From: Candidatus Sericytochromatia bacterium
Lineage (GTDB): Bacteria; Cyanobacteriota; Sericytochromatia; S15B-MN24; UBA4093
Assembly (NCBI GenBank): GCA_036676495.1
Contig: JAKFCT010000091.1
Location: 1-64,000 of the forward strand
Reading direction: 5' to 3'
Length of the DNA: 64,000 nt
Below, one piece after another: positions 48,827 to 58,305 of this stretch. Every line of letters begins with the position of its first letter. Position 1 is the first letter of the stretch. Below the pieces are notes generated by a model, which was given only the letters and a program-made list of their open reading frames with translations, did no database searches and was not told where the DNA came from. The position numbers were made by a program, and so were the translations under genes.

Positions 48827-48927
48827 ACGTCGGAGCGGAAATCGGTTAGCCAGGCATTAAGCTTGCTCTAAGCTTGGCTGGGTTTGCCCGCCCGGCCTTG
48901 GCGGTCTATCATGGGGGGAGAGTCCCC

Positions 48928-50070
48928 ATGCCTGCGAGGGAGCGTTTCTTGCCCGATTCCATCGACTCTCGTCATCCGCGCCCGGTGAAGCGCTCCGAAG
49001 GAGCGACCTACTCGAAGCCGGCTCCCCGGAGAAGCCCCGCGGCGATCGAGGTGGGAGAGCTTTTCAAGCGACTTCCCGCGCTGGCCCCCAAGGAGCTGGG
49101 CGTCCCCCGCGAGGCGCTCTGGATCGCGGCGGCGCTGGCGTTGGGCTTCGCGCTCTACGTCGTCGGGGTGAAGTGGAGCTACTCCCGGACGCTGGGGGGC
49201 TTCGAGGGATACGCCTTGCCGCGGCATGCGATCGCCTACGGTCCGGAAGCCCGGGAGGTGACGCTGACGGCGAGCGATCGCACGCGGCTGAAGGCGACCT
49301 ACCTGGGACGCGAGAAGGGCGATCGCCCTGCCGGCAAGGCCATCTTGATCATTCCCGGCTGGCTCTCCACCCGCGCGAGTTTCAGCACGGCGACGCTCGC
49401 GCTTTGGTTCCACCCCGAGTACGACGTGCTGGTGCTCGATCCGCGGGGCCAGGGGGAGTCCGGCGGAGCCCAGCATCCGAACGGCAGCGCGCGCTTCGAC
49501 ATCCTCGCCGGCGTCTCCTTCCTGAAGGCCCAGGGCAACGAGGCCGTGGGAGTGCTGGCCGAGCGCGAGGGGGCTTATGCCGCCGTTCTCGCTGCTGGAG
49601 AAGGGGCGACCCAGGGCGCGCGCCTCGTCGACAGCCTCTTCCTGGCTGCTCCCGTCGCTCAGTGGGGCGAGCCGTCCCTGGGGGGGGGCTTCTGGCGAGA
49701 TCCCACCAATCCTCTGGGGCGCCTCACCTGGCGCCTCTCCGCGGGCGTCCGCCTCAAGGGGGGCACGGCGCAGCCCCTGGCCGAGGTCCTGCCCCGGCTG
49801 GCGGGGACTCCCGTCATGCTCAGCGGCCCCCAGGAAGATCCGGAGGGCATCGTGAGGCAGCTTCACCTGCTGACCCCCGAGCCGCGGAGCTTGCGGCTTT
49901 TCTCCGGCTCCGGCCAGCCCGTCCCCTGGAAGGCCTATCACCGTTACTACGAGACCGCCCGCCAGTTCTTCGGCATGACCCTTCGTGCCGCGCCGCAAGC
50001 GGCGGCCCCGACCGCGGAGGGGGGACTTCCCCGGGAACTGCTTCAGACGCTCGGGAATCCAGCTGAGTGA
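48928..50070 (+). CDS. Membrane-anchored alpha/beta-hydrolase-fold protein lacking the catalytic Ser
   Basis: TM helix; LTASDRTRLKATY, LIIPGW, YDVLVLDPRGQGES; nucleophile elbow reads LAEREG. Confidence 0.75.
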   Translation: MPARERFLPDSIDSRHPRPVKRSEGATYSKPAPRRSPAAIEVGELFKRLPALAPKELGVPREALWIAAALALGFALYVVGVKWSYSRTLGGFEGYALPRHAIAYGPEAREVTLTASDRTRLKATYLGREKGDRPAGKAILIIPGWLSTRASFSTATLALWFHPEYDVLVLDPRGQGESGGAQHPNGSARFDILAGVSFLKAQGNEAVGVLAEREGAYAAVLAAGEGATQGARLVDSLFLAAPVAQWGEPSLGGGFWRDPTNPLGRLTWRLSAGVRLKGGTAQPLAEVLPRLAGTPVMLSGPQEDPEGIVRQLHLLTPEPRSLRLFSGSGQPVPWKAYHRYYETARQFFGMTLRAAPQAAAPTAEGGLPRELLQTLGNPAE

Positions 50071-50463
50071 CGTTACTGGCGGGTTCTGCTTGCCAAGAGT
50101 ATGAATCCGCGATCGTCGTTGATTCCCGCGACCGAGGAGCGCCCGTCCTAGACTAGGCTTCGCCGCATGGCGGGTCTCAAAGCTTTTTTCCGGTTAATCC
50201 GTTACCTCACCAAACCAGCACTTTTGACAGAAGCGATTTTCCGGGGGAAAGCAGCCATCAACGGTCGCTATCCCCATGTTGCCATGCTTGTGCAGGTTGG
50301 TTGTAATTATTGGGCTCAATGTCGGCTTTTTTGGATATTGCTGTTGTGTATTTTAGGTATCTGTGCTTTATTTGGGTAGATACTATTTCACGGAATAGTG
50401 TCATACGATGTCCGGACATTGCAGCAAGACAACTAGCAACTGACATTGAAAAAGGAGAACCCA

Positions 50464-50970
50464 ATGGCGTTAGTGAATGTCCGCATGGCATTGCTTGCAG
50501 CTTCGGTACTGTCCTTGTCCGCGTGTGCGCTGCCCGGTCCCATGGCCCAGGGGGAGCATCCTGAGCGGCCGGCCGTCGTTGCGCCCGCTTCGCTCGGCAC
50601 ATCGCAATTCAGCGTGGCTTCGGTCCCGACGTATAGCATCGTGAACTCCAGCCCCGGACGAGTCACGATCAGCTGGTCCAACGTCGACGTGAGCCAGTCC
50701 ATCTGGGGAACATCGAAACCGACGCATATCGCGTTTCGCATGAAATCGGCCCCGTCGGGCGCCTATTTCTACAGCTCGCCGACCCTCGTGCCCCTCTCGC
50801 AGACCACGGTCGTCAACGGGAAGAGCAGTGGCTCCATTCAGTACCCGTATATCCTGAACAAGACCGGCGGCTACACTTTCGTGAGCACGGTGGCCGTCCA
50901 GATCAGCGATGGCTCGTGGTGGCACGCGAACCAGTCGTCCGATATCATCGTGAACGTCACCAGCATCTAG
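50464..50970 (+). CDS. Lipoprotein with a beta-rich (possibly Ig-like) domain
   Basis: AAAGGAG RBS; lipobox LSAC; Ser/Thr/Val/Tyr-rich strands. Confidence 0.7.
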   Translation: MALVNVRMALLAASVLSLSACALPGPMAQGEHPERPAVVAPASLGTSQFSVASVPTYSIVNSSPGRVTISWSNVDVSQSIWGTSKPTHIAFRMKSAPSGAYFYSSPTLVPLSQTTVVNGKSSGSIQYPYILNKTGGYTFVSTVAVQISDGSWWHANQSSDIIVNVTSI

Positions 50971-51032
50971 GCTCCTAAATGCTTTCGCCCGCTCGGCTTC
51001 GAAGCTGAGCGGGCGAAGTCATTTAGGAGCCT
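50969..51032. repeat. 64-bp near-perfect palindrome between convergent genes
   Basis: AGGCTCCTAAATGctTTCGCCCGCTCgGCTT vs reverse complement of the right arm AGGCTCCTAAATGacTTCGCCCGCTCaGCTT (28/31). Confidence 0.85.
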
Positions 51033-51045
51033 GACTCCGTTGACG

Positions 51046-52620
51046 CTAGAACCGCGGGGGGCCGTCCGCGGGGGGCGGGTAGCCCGGAGGCAGAGCGTCC
51101 TGCGCGCCGCCGGGCATTCCCGGCATGCCGGGGGCGCCGCCTTGAGGTCCGCCGGCACCCTGATTGAGGGTCGGCAGGTTGTCGACCGAGCTCGAGAACT
51201 TGGTCTGGACCTTGGGGGTCACCAGCAGGATGATCTCGTTCTTGAACTTCTGGGTGGTGGTGTGGCGGAAGAAGTTGCCGATCAGCGGGATGTCTCCCAG
51301 GATGGGGAGCTTCTTGACGATGTTGCTCTCGTCGACCCGGCTCAGGCCGCCGATGATGATGCTTTCGCCGTCCTTGACCCGCATGGTGGTCTCGACCGAG
51401 CGCGAGTCGACGATGGGGACCCGGTTGCCGTTGACGGTGACGCCGCCGGATTCGGCGGAAATCTCGGGCGCCAGCTCCAGGGTCACGTAGCCCTGGGTGT
51501 CGACGCGCGGGGTGATGTCGAGGGTCTGGCCGACGTCCACGAAGGAGACCGAGGTCTGGGCGGGCCCGGTGGGCTGGACGGTGGTGGTCAGGACCGGGTG
51601 CTTGTTGACGATCTTGATGGTGGCCTTCTTGGAGTCCTGGGTGGTGACCTTGGGGTTGGCGATGACGGTGGCCAGGGAGTCCTCGATCATCGCCGAGAGG
51701 CGGGCGTTGAAGTTGGCGGTGTAGTTGCCCAGGGCGTGGAAGGTGATGGCGGTGGCATCGGTGCCGGGGTTGCCGGCCTGGTTGCCGGGGCCGCCGGCGG
51801 TGGCGTCGGGCGCGGCGTTGTTGAAGCTGGCGCCGAACTTGGAGCCGCCGAAGCCGTAGGACATGCCGAGCTGGCGCGAGCCGCGCTCGGAGACCTCGAT
51901 CATCTTGACCTCGATCGAGACCTGGGGGGTCTGGATGTCAAGCAAGGCCTTGAGCTGCTTGGCCTGGTCGATGACCTCCTCGGAGCCGGTGACGAGGATG
52001 GCGTTGGTGCGCTTGTCCACGACGATCTGGGGGCCGCCGGCCTGGCCGCCCGGAGCGCCAGGAGCGCCGCCGGGGGCGGGAGCTCCGCCGGGAGCCGGGG
52101 CGCCGCCCGGGCCGCCCTGACCGCCCTGACCGCCGGTCAGCATCTGCTTGAGAATGGGCTCGACATCCTGGGCCTTGGCGTTGTCGAAGCGCAGCAAGGT
52201 CGTCGTGTTGCCACTGAAGCCCTTCGCGCGGAAGGACTCCTCGGAGGCGATCAAGAGGGTCTGGCCCATCTTGCGATAGGAGAGGTTCTTGAGCTTGAGG
52301 ATGGTGTAGAGGGCCTCATCCAGCGGGATGGCCTTGAGGGAGATCCGGACGGTCCCCTTGACCGAGTCGTCGATGATGACCGAGAGACCGCCCTTCTTGG
52401 CCATGGTCTCGAGGATGGTGCGGACGTCGGTGTTGTCGAGATTGAGCGTGATGAGGGTCGGGTTGGTGAGGAGCTTGATCTTGCTGCTGGTGGTGGTTTG
52501 ATCCGTGATCGGCATGTACGCGTCGGCGGAGGCGGCTTGGGCCAAGGCCGGGCCTGGGAGCGCTCCGACGAGCAGTCCCGTGGCCAGAAGCCCGGACAGG
52601 GCTTGGGAAGGAAGACCCAT
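51046..52620 (-). CDS. pilQ: Type IV pilus secretin
   Basis: DKRTNAILV, LDIQTPQVSIEVKMIEV, ANPKVTT, LDITPRV, VKDGESIIIGGL, LPILGDIPLIGNFF, LLVTPK; last gene of pilMNOP operon. Confidence 0.9.
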   Translation of the reverse strand: MGLPSQALSGLLATGLLVGALPGPALAQAASADAYMPITDQTTTSSKIKLLTNPTLITLNLDNTDVRTILETMAKKGGLSVIIDDSVKGTVRISLKAIPLDEALYTILKLKNLSYRKMGQTLLIASEESFRAKGFSGNTTTLLRFDNAKAQDVEPILKQMLTGGQGGQGGPGGAPAPGGAPAPGGAPGAPGGQAGGPQIVVDKRTNAILVTGSEEVIDQAKQLKALLDIQTPQVSIEVKMIEVSERGSRQLGMSYGFGGSKFGASFNNAAPDATAGGPGNQAGNPGTDATAITFHALGNYTANFNARLSAMIEDSLATVIANPKVTTQDSKKATIKIVNKHPVLTTTVQPTGPAQTSVSFVDVGQTLDITPRVDTQGYVTLELAPEISAESGGVTVNGNRVPIVDSRSVETTMRVKDGESIIIGGLSRVDESNIVKKLPILGDIPLIGNFFRHTTTQKFKNEIILLVTPKVQTKFSSSVDNLPTLNQGAGGPQGGAPGMPGMPGGAQDALPPGYPPPADGPPRF

Positions 52621-52621
52621 G

Positions 52622-53338
52622 TTATTCTCCGCCTCCGATCGTCTTGGCGTAGCGACGGCCCTGCTTCTGAAGCACGACCGAGCTGCTGTCGATCTTCACG
52701 ACCTTGGAGCCGTCCTCGAGGACCTCGTTGAGCCGGGCCTCTCGGATGCTTCCCTCTCGTTCCAGGATGGCGACCGCGTCTCGCCCGGTGTTCAGGATGC
52801 CGCTCACGCTCCAGGTGGGCACCTCGTAGGCCACGCCGCCGTCGTAGTAGACGTTGGGGGCCGGCAGCGAGAGGCCGGTGCCCGAGGAGCCCTTGCCCTT
52901 GCCAGGCATACTCGGGATCGCGGGAACCGATTCCAGCTCGGCGAGGGGGACGGACTCTGCCGGGAGCGGCACGATCAGGGTCGCGCTGGGGTTCAGCAGG
53001 GAGACGAAGGGGTCCTCGCGCCCCGAGTTCTCGCGTGCCTGCTTCAAGAGGTCGTTGCGCGTGGTGGCCCGGATCTGGTTGGGGTTGGTCTCGTGGGGCT
53101 CCGAGCCTCCGAACTCGACTCCCTGGGCGGTGGGCGCCGCCTGGGCGAGCTGCATCGGCTCGGCCTGGGCGAGCTGGTAGGGCTCCGCCGCGGCCGGCGG
53201 GACGGCGGCTGAGGTCGGCAGCGGGGCGGCGTTCACCGGCCGCTCCAGCGACAAGTGCTGGGCGTACAGCAGGCTGCCCAATCCCAGCGTGGTGAGCGCG
53301 GGGATGACCATCACTTGTTTGAAGCTGATCGTCTTCAT
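52622..53338 (-). CDS. PilP-like pilus assembly protein
   Basis: GREDPF motif and C-terminal VSGIL...AIL...VVKIDSSSVVL; position between pilO and pilQ. Confidence 0.65.
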   Translation of the reverse strand: MKTISFKQVMVIPALTTLGLGSLLYAQHLSLERPVNAAPLPTSAAVPPAAAEPYQLAQAEPMQLAQAAPTAQGVEFGGSEPHETNPNQIRATTRNDLLKQARENSGREDPFVSLLNPSATLIVPLPAESVPLAELESVPAIPSMPGKGKGSSGTGLSLPAPNVYYDGGVAYEVPTWSVSGILNTGRDAVAILEREGSIREARLNEVLEDGSKVVKIDSSSVVLQKQGRRYAKTIGGGE

Positions 53339-53348
53339 CTCGACCTCA

Positions 53349-53939
53349 TTATTGATTGAGCGCGTAAGTATCCAGGGTAAACGTCACCGACAGCTCGTTG
53401 CCCAGCGAGCCCGATCCGGAGCCGCCGGGGGTCATCTTGGGGTTCGACACCGTGAGCACCCGTTCGTAGCGGCTGAGTAGATCGAACAAGAGGATCATCG
53501 AGGGGTAGGACCCCTGGGCGGTGATCTCTACGCTCATCTTACCCAATTCTCGCAAGGATGCCTGTTCCAGGGGCTTGAACTCGGTCGGCCGGAAGGCGAC
53601 GAGCGTGGTATTGGACTCCCGGAAGAGGCTCGACAGGTCGACCAAAAGGGTCGAGAGCATCTGGTTGCGGGGGGGGAAGCGGTTTCGGAGGGTGACGAGG
53701 TTCCGCTCCACGGTGGCCTTCTTGGCCATGATCTGGGCTTCCGAGCCCACGAGGAGCTGCTTGTTTTGAAGCTGCTGCTCGCGCTCGGCGATCGCGTCGC
53801 GCTGGGTCGAGTACTCCTGGATCAGGGGCAGGGTGCTCGAGCTGAAGAGCAGGCCGCCGATGGCGACGCCCGCGACGATCACGATCTTCTGGAGCTGATC
53901 GGGGGTGATGGTGCGGCCGAAGAGCTGGATGTTCTCCAT
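53349..53939 (-). CDS. pilO: Type IV pilus assembly protein PilO
   Basis: TM, coiled coil, VEITAQGSYPSMILLFDLLSRYERVLTV; synteny. Confidence 0.82.
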   Translation of the reverse strand: MENIQLFGRTITPDQLQKIVIVAGVAIGGLLFSSSTLPLIQEYSTQRDAIAEREQQLQNKQLLVGSEAQIMAKKATVERNLVTLRNRFPPRNQMLSTLLVDLSSLFRESNTTLVAFRPTEFKPLEQASLRELGKMSVEITAQGSYPSMILLFDLLSRYERVLTVSNPKMTPGGSGSGSLGNELSVTFTLDTYALNQ

Positions 53940-54521
53940 TTACTTCGCTCCTCCCAACGGGTTGATGTCGCAGTCCACCTGGAACTGGATGACCGGCTGC
54001 GCGTCGATGACCGAGGAGCCGATCGCCCCCAGCACCGGGCGCGAGAAGCTGCGGGACTTCTGGAGGTTGGTGTAGAAGAAGGCCACGGCCCGGTAATCGA
54101 GGGAGTATCCCGTCAGCGTCAGCCGGGTGTTGCCCTCGACGGTGAGGCCGGTGAACCACATGTCGGTGGGGGTGAGGTCGCGAAGCTCCTCGAACATGTC
54201 CTTCCAGCGGCCGGACTCCTGGGTGAGCTGAAGCAGGACCCGGTAGTCGGACTCCAGGGCCTGGATTTCCTTCTGGGTGTTGGCGAGCCTGGTCGCCTTG
54301 TTGCCGCTCGCGCCGATTTCCTGGTCAAGCTGGGCCACCTGCTCGATGGCCGGGTTGATCATGAAGTTCTGGAGGACCATGTTGGCCACGTTGGGCACGA
54401 GGAGGCCCAGCCCCAGCGAGAGGGCGGCGGTGATGAGGAGCTGGGGATCGATATCCAGGCCCGGGATCGCGAGTTTTTCGGAGCTGGATTCCCCCAGCAG
54501 GTTGATGGTGATCGTCTTCAT
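53940..54521 (-). CDS. pilN: Type IV pilus assembly protein PilN
   Basis: INLL motif, TM, PTDMWFTGL, LTGYS...FYTNLQKSRSF; synteny. Confidence 0.88.
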   Translation of the reverse strand: MKTITINLLGESSSEKLAIPGLDIDPQLLITAALSLGLGLLVPNVANMVLQNFMINPAIEQVAQLDQEIGASGNKATRLANTQKEIQALESDYRVLLQLTQESGRWKDMFEELRDLTPTDMWFTGLTVEGNTRLTLTGYSLDYRAVAFFYTNLQKSRSFSRPVLGAIGSSVIDAQPVIQFQVDCDINPLGGAK

Positions 54522-55630
54522 ACGCCCTGCACGCCGCGAATGGCAAGCCCGATGGCGGTGGCCAGGGTGGGGGCCTGCGGGTAGAGGAGGTCGGGGTCGA
54601 AGGCTTCCTCATCGACGTCGAGCTTCTCGAAGGGGTTGGCCAGCTCCACGGTCATGCCCAGGCGGGTGGTGAGGAACTGCTCGAGGTGGGTGAGGTTGCC
54701 GCCGCGCCCGGAGACGATCACCCGGTCGATGGCTTCCGAGCCCTGGGAGAGGTAGAAGTCGAGCGATCGCCCGATCTCGCCGGTGAGCTCGGCCAGGGCC
54801 GGCCGGATGATCTCGGTGGCCTGCTCCACCTGGGGGCTGCCGGGCGAGTAGTTCTGGGGATCGACGTCAATCTCGTCGAGGACCGAGCGGGCGGTCTCCT
54901 CGTCGAGGCCGAGGCTGTTGATGATCGAGTCCAGGAAGTAGGAGAAGCCGATGGGGATGGAGCGCGAGAAGCGGGGCACCCCGGAGACCATGATGTTGAT
55001 GTCGGTGGTCCAGCCCTGGATGTGCACCAGGGCCACGGTCTGCTCGTCTTGAAGCTGCTCGGTGTCCGCGAGGGCCCGCAGGACCGCGAAGGAGGCCACG
55101 TCCACGCAGGCCAGCTTCAGGCCCGCCTCCTCGGCCACCTGGATGTAGGAGTTGATGAGCGCCTTCTGGGCGGCCACCAGGATCACCTCGATCTTGGGGG
55201 CTCCGTCCTCCTCGACCTCGTTGACGGCCTGGAAGGAGATGTTGACGTCGTCGATGGAGAAGGGGATGTAGCGCTCGGCCTCGTACTGGATGACCTCTCC
55301 GAGTTCGGACTCGGGCATGTGGGGGAAGCGCACGGGGCGGACGATGGTGGACTGACCGGCCACGGCGCAGAGGGCATGGGTGGCCTGGATGTCGTTCTCG
55401 TCGAGCAGGGCCCGGACGACCTCGGCGACGGCCGACGGATCGAGGATCTCGCCGTCCTGCACCGCGTTGATCGGGGTGTTGGCCACGGCGATGTTGGAGA
55501 GCGCCATGCCCTTGCGGGTCTTGGTGATCTCCACCACGACGATGGTGTCGGAGGTGATGTCCAGCCCAATGCGGGAGCCCTTCTTGCCGAACTGCCCCTT
55601 GATTTGGTCCAGGATTGCGTTCAGATCCAT
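54518..55630 (-). CDS. pilM: Type IV pilus assembly ATPase-like protein PilM
   Basis: IGLDI, EAERYIPF, VILVAA, AGLKLACVDV, EIGRSLDFY, ANPF, AIGLAIRG. Confidence 0.93.
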   Translation of the reverse strand: MDLNAILDQIKGQFGKKGSRIGLDITSDTIVVVEITKTRKGMALSNIAVANTPINAVQDGEILDPSAVAEVVRALLDENDIQATHALCAVAGQSTIVRPVRFPHMPESELGEVIQYEAERYIPFSIDDVNISFQAVNEVEEDGAPKIEVILVAAQKALINSYIQVAEEAGLKLACVDVASFAVLRALADTEQLQDEQTVALVHIQGWTTDINIMVSGVPRFSRSIPIGFSYFLDSIINSLGLDEETARSVLDEIDVDPQNYSPGSPQVEQATEIIRPALAELTGEIGRSLDFYLSQGSEAIDRVIVSGRGGNLTHLEQFLTTRLGMTVELANPFEKLDVDEEAFDPDLLYPQAPTLATAIGLAIRGVQGV

Positions 55631-55634
55631 CGTC

Positions 55635-56441
55635 TCACCCCAACAGGAAGCCCATGTACCAGCGCCAGATCGACTCTCCTGCGAACAGGCCCGCGAAGGT
55701 GCCGATCACCAGCGCGGGGCCGAAGGGAAAGGGTTCGCTCTTGCCCGAGCGCGCCTTGAGGGCGAGGCCGACGACCGATCCGAGCAAGAAAGCCGCGAAG
55801 AGCGCCACGACGAGCCGCTCGGGCCCCAGCCATGCGCCCATCACCGCGGCGAGCTTGGCGTCGCCCATCCCCATGCCGTCCTCGTGCTCCGAGTGGATCG
55901 CCTTGAGGTAAAGCCTGGAGCCCTCGGAGATCAGCCAGAAGAGCCCGTAACCCGCCGCCGCGGCGGCCAGGGTCGGGATCCATCGCCCTTCGATCAGCCC
56001 CCCGTACAGGATGCCCAGGACGATGCCCGGGTAGGTGGTCACGTTGAGGATGTACATCGTGTCGAGGTCGATCCAGAAGATGGCGATGAGCAGGGAGGCC
56101 AGGGCCGCGAGCGCCACGAATTGCAGGGTGGGGCCGAACGCCGCCAGCAGGGCGCCGTAGAGGCAAGCATTGAGCGCTTCCACCAGGGGGTAGCGCCAGG
56201 AGATGGGCTCCTTGCAACTCCGGCAGCGGCCCTTCAACAAGGCGAAGCTCAGCAAGGGGATGTTTTCCTTCCAGGTGAGCGCCGTGTTGCAGTGGGGGCA
56301 ATGCGAGCCCGGCCAAACGATCGATTCCTCACGAGGCAGGCGGTGGATCACGACGTTGAGGAAGCTGCCGATGAGGGCCCCGTAGGTGAGGACCGCGATC
56401 CAAACCAGGGGGGTCGGGATGAAGATATCCAAGATCGTCAT
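55635..56441 (-). CDS. pilD: Prepilin peptidase (A24)
   Basis: GSFLNVVIHRLP, SHCPHC, GRCRSC, WIDLD, GMGMGDAKL, PFGPAL. Confidence 0.95.
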   Translation of the reverse strand: MTILDIFIPTPLVWIAVLTYGALIGSFLNVVIHRLPREESIVWPGSHCPHCNTALTWKENIPLLSFALLKGRCRSCKEPISWRYPLVEALNACLYGALLAAFGPTLQFVALAALASLLIAIFWIDLDTMYILNVTTYPGIVLGILYGGLIEGRWIPTLAAAAAGYGLFWLISEGSRLYLKAIHSEHEDGMGMGDAKLAAVMGAWLGPERLVVALFAAFLLGSVVGLALKARSGKSEPFPFGPALVIGTFAGLFAGESIWRWYMGFLLG

Positions 56442-56549
56442 CGCACGTCGACTTTCCTCGTCAAAGAGCCCAATTCAAACCCCCCCGCGTGCCGCAGCCA
56501 TGCGGATTCCAGGCCTGCCAGACCGATTGTACCCACCCCGGATGCCGCT

Positions 56550-56726
56550 TTATCGCCTAACGGCCGGAAAGTCCGTCACTGAACGGTCTAGCGACCTATT
56601 AGGGGACTTATCGCCTGACGGCCGGAAAGTCCTTTTCCGAACGGTCTAGCGACCTATTAGGGGACTTATCGCCTGACGGCCGGAAAGTCCTTTTCCGAAC
56701 GGTCTAGTGATCGGTTAGGGGACTTA
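56550..56726. repeat. Intergenic tandem repeat, 3 x 58 bp
   Basis: Unit TTATCGCCTGACGGCCGGAAAGTCCTTTTCCGAACGGTCTAGCGACCTATTAGGGGAC starting at 56550, 56608 and 56666. Confidence 0.95.
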
Positions 56727-56841
56727 CCTCCCAGGCGTGCGGTTTCCCTATTCTAGCGTAACGAAGTCCAAGCATGTGGGCGGTGAGGATCAACACAACC
56801 GTCAGCGCTGGAGGCTCGGGGGTAAGCGCCTGCGGCGGGAG

Positions 56842-57540
56842 TCAAGGAGTCACACCGAGCTTCTTCAGGGCGCGTTCGGCGATCGCCCGGCTCTGCGCGT
56901 CCTTGCTGCCTTGATGGATGGCCTTCCAGGTCTGGATCGCCAGCGCATCCTTGTTGTCCTTCTGGTACATGCGGGCGGCGAAGCGCAGGGTCCCCGGGGG
57001 GGCGCCGGGAAGCTCCGCGGCGCGCTCGAAGTGGCGGGCGGCCTCCATGTAGCGCTTGCCGTAGAGGAACTCCAGGACGCCCAGCTGGTAGGGGTAGCGG
57101 TAGTCCGTGGGGTGGCGCTCCATGCCGCTTGCGATCAGCTTGAGGGCCTCGTCCAGGCGTTCTCCGTCGGCGAGCGCCCAGGAGCCGAAGAGGGCGGCGT
57201 CGTGGAACTGGGGATCCAGCCCGGTGATCAGCGCGAGGGTGGGGTAGGCATGACGGTAGTCGCGCTGGGAGGAATCGGGGATGGCGAGGTTCTCGCCGTT
57301 CATCTGGAGGAAGAGCAGCCAGTAGGAGTCGGCAATCAGGTTCTCGAAGTCGGTGGCCAGGGGTGCGACGGCTTCGAGGGGCGGGACCACGTAGCGCGTG
57401 CGGTCTTCCTGGCGCAGTATGTCTTGCTGCTGGAGGGCGACGAGGGAGGCTCCCCAGAGGAGCGCTCCCAGGGCGAGGCCTCCGAGCATGCGGCGCATGC
57501 CCCGCAGCCGGGAGGGAGTCGCCTGCTTCCCGCCGAGCAT
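56842..57540 (-). CDS. TPR-like membrane-anchored protein (PilG/XapA-like)
   Basis: LIADSYWLLFLQ, TGLDPQF, GMERHPTDYRYPYQLG, AARHFERAA; follows an ABC pair. Confidence 0.7.
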   Translation of the reverse strand: MLGGKQATPSRLRGMRRMLGGLALGALLWGASLVALQQQDILRQEDRTRYVVPPLEAVAPLATDFENLIADSYWLLFLQMNGENLAIPDSSQRDYRHAYPTLALITGLDPQFHDAALFGSWALADGERLDEALKLIASGMERHPTDYRYPYQLGVLEFLYGKRYMEAARHFERAAELPGAPPGTLRFAARMYQKDNKDALAIQTWKAIHQGSKDAQSRAIAERALKKLGVTP

Positions 57541-57543
57541 GGC

Positions 57544-58305
57544 CTAGAACTCCCGGCGTTCGAAGATCGCGCCCGCGGTGGCGAGGAGGGCCGCGGCGTA
57601 GAGGCCTCCGTAGGCGATCGCCCAGAGCCATTGCCCGGGGGCGACCGCGGCGCCGTAGACCACGGCGTTCTTGACGTCGAAGGTCGAGAGGTTCGGCAAG
57701 GCGTAGTAGAGCGCATCGGCCACCATGCGGGTCGCCGGCCCCGCCTTCTGGCTCAGGAGGTGGAGGTTCTCGGAGTTGTGGCCGATCACGTAGAGGCAGA
57801 AGGTCAGCAGCATGCTGAGCACGGGGCTGGTGAAGGTGGAGAAGAACAGGCTCAAGGCCACCAGCACGGCCAGTTGCATGCCGATCATGCCGAGGGCGCC
57901 CAGGATCCCCGGGGGCAGGCTGCCGGCCTTCCATAGCACCAAGGCCATGAACGCGCTTCCCATCAAGAGCAGCAGGATCCCCAGGGTCGCGGAGAGGCCC
58001 AGGAACTTGCCGACGAGGAATTGCCAGCGGCTGACGGGCTTGGTGAGGACGATGAAGACGGTCCGCTTGTCGAGCTCCTTGTGCAGCAGGGAGGTGCCGA
58101 CGAAGATGGCGATCGCCACCCCGAAGAGCTCGATGGAGGCGAGGCCGACGTCGAGCAGGATCTTGAAGTCCTGCCCGATGGTCAGGGTTCCCAGGAAGAG
58201 GGTGCTCGCGATCATGCCGAGCGCGAAGACCAGGATGGCGTAGAGGATCCGATCCCGGATGGTCTCGCGGAAGGTGTTCAGGGCGAGGCCGAGGATCCGG
58301 TTCAT
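57544..58305 (-). CDS. ABC transporter permease (PilI-like)
   Basis: NTFRETIRDRILY, KELDKRT...LTKPVSRWQFLVGKFLG, FERREF; about six TM segments. Confidence 0.9.
   Translation of the reverse strand: MNRILGLALNTFRETIRDRILYAILVFALGMIASTLFLGTLTIGQDFKILLDVGLASIELFGVAIAIFVGTSLLHKELDKRTVFIVLTKPVSRWQFLVGKFLGLSATLGILLLLMGSAFMALVLWKAGSLPPGILGALGMIGMQLAVLVALSLFFSTFTSPVLSMLLTFCLYVIGHNSENLHLLSQKAGPATRMVADALYYALPNLSTFDVKNAVVYGAAVAPGQWLWAIAYGGLYAAALLATAGAIFERREF

Noticed and set aside
50167-50602. Small ORFs in the AT-rich gap
   Set aside because: No RBS, atypical composition, mutually overlapping; more likely regulatory DNA.
50969-51032. Insertion sequence ends
   Set aside because: No transposase in the window and the arms abut directly; at most a MITE/REP-like or terminator palindrome.
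56550-56726. Possible CRISPR array
   Set aside because: Units are contiguous and near-identical with no unique spacers; no cas genes in the window.
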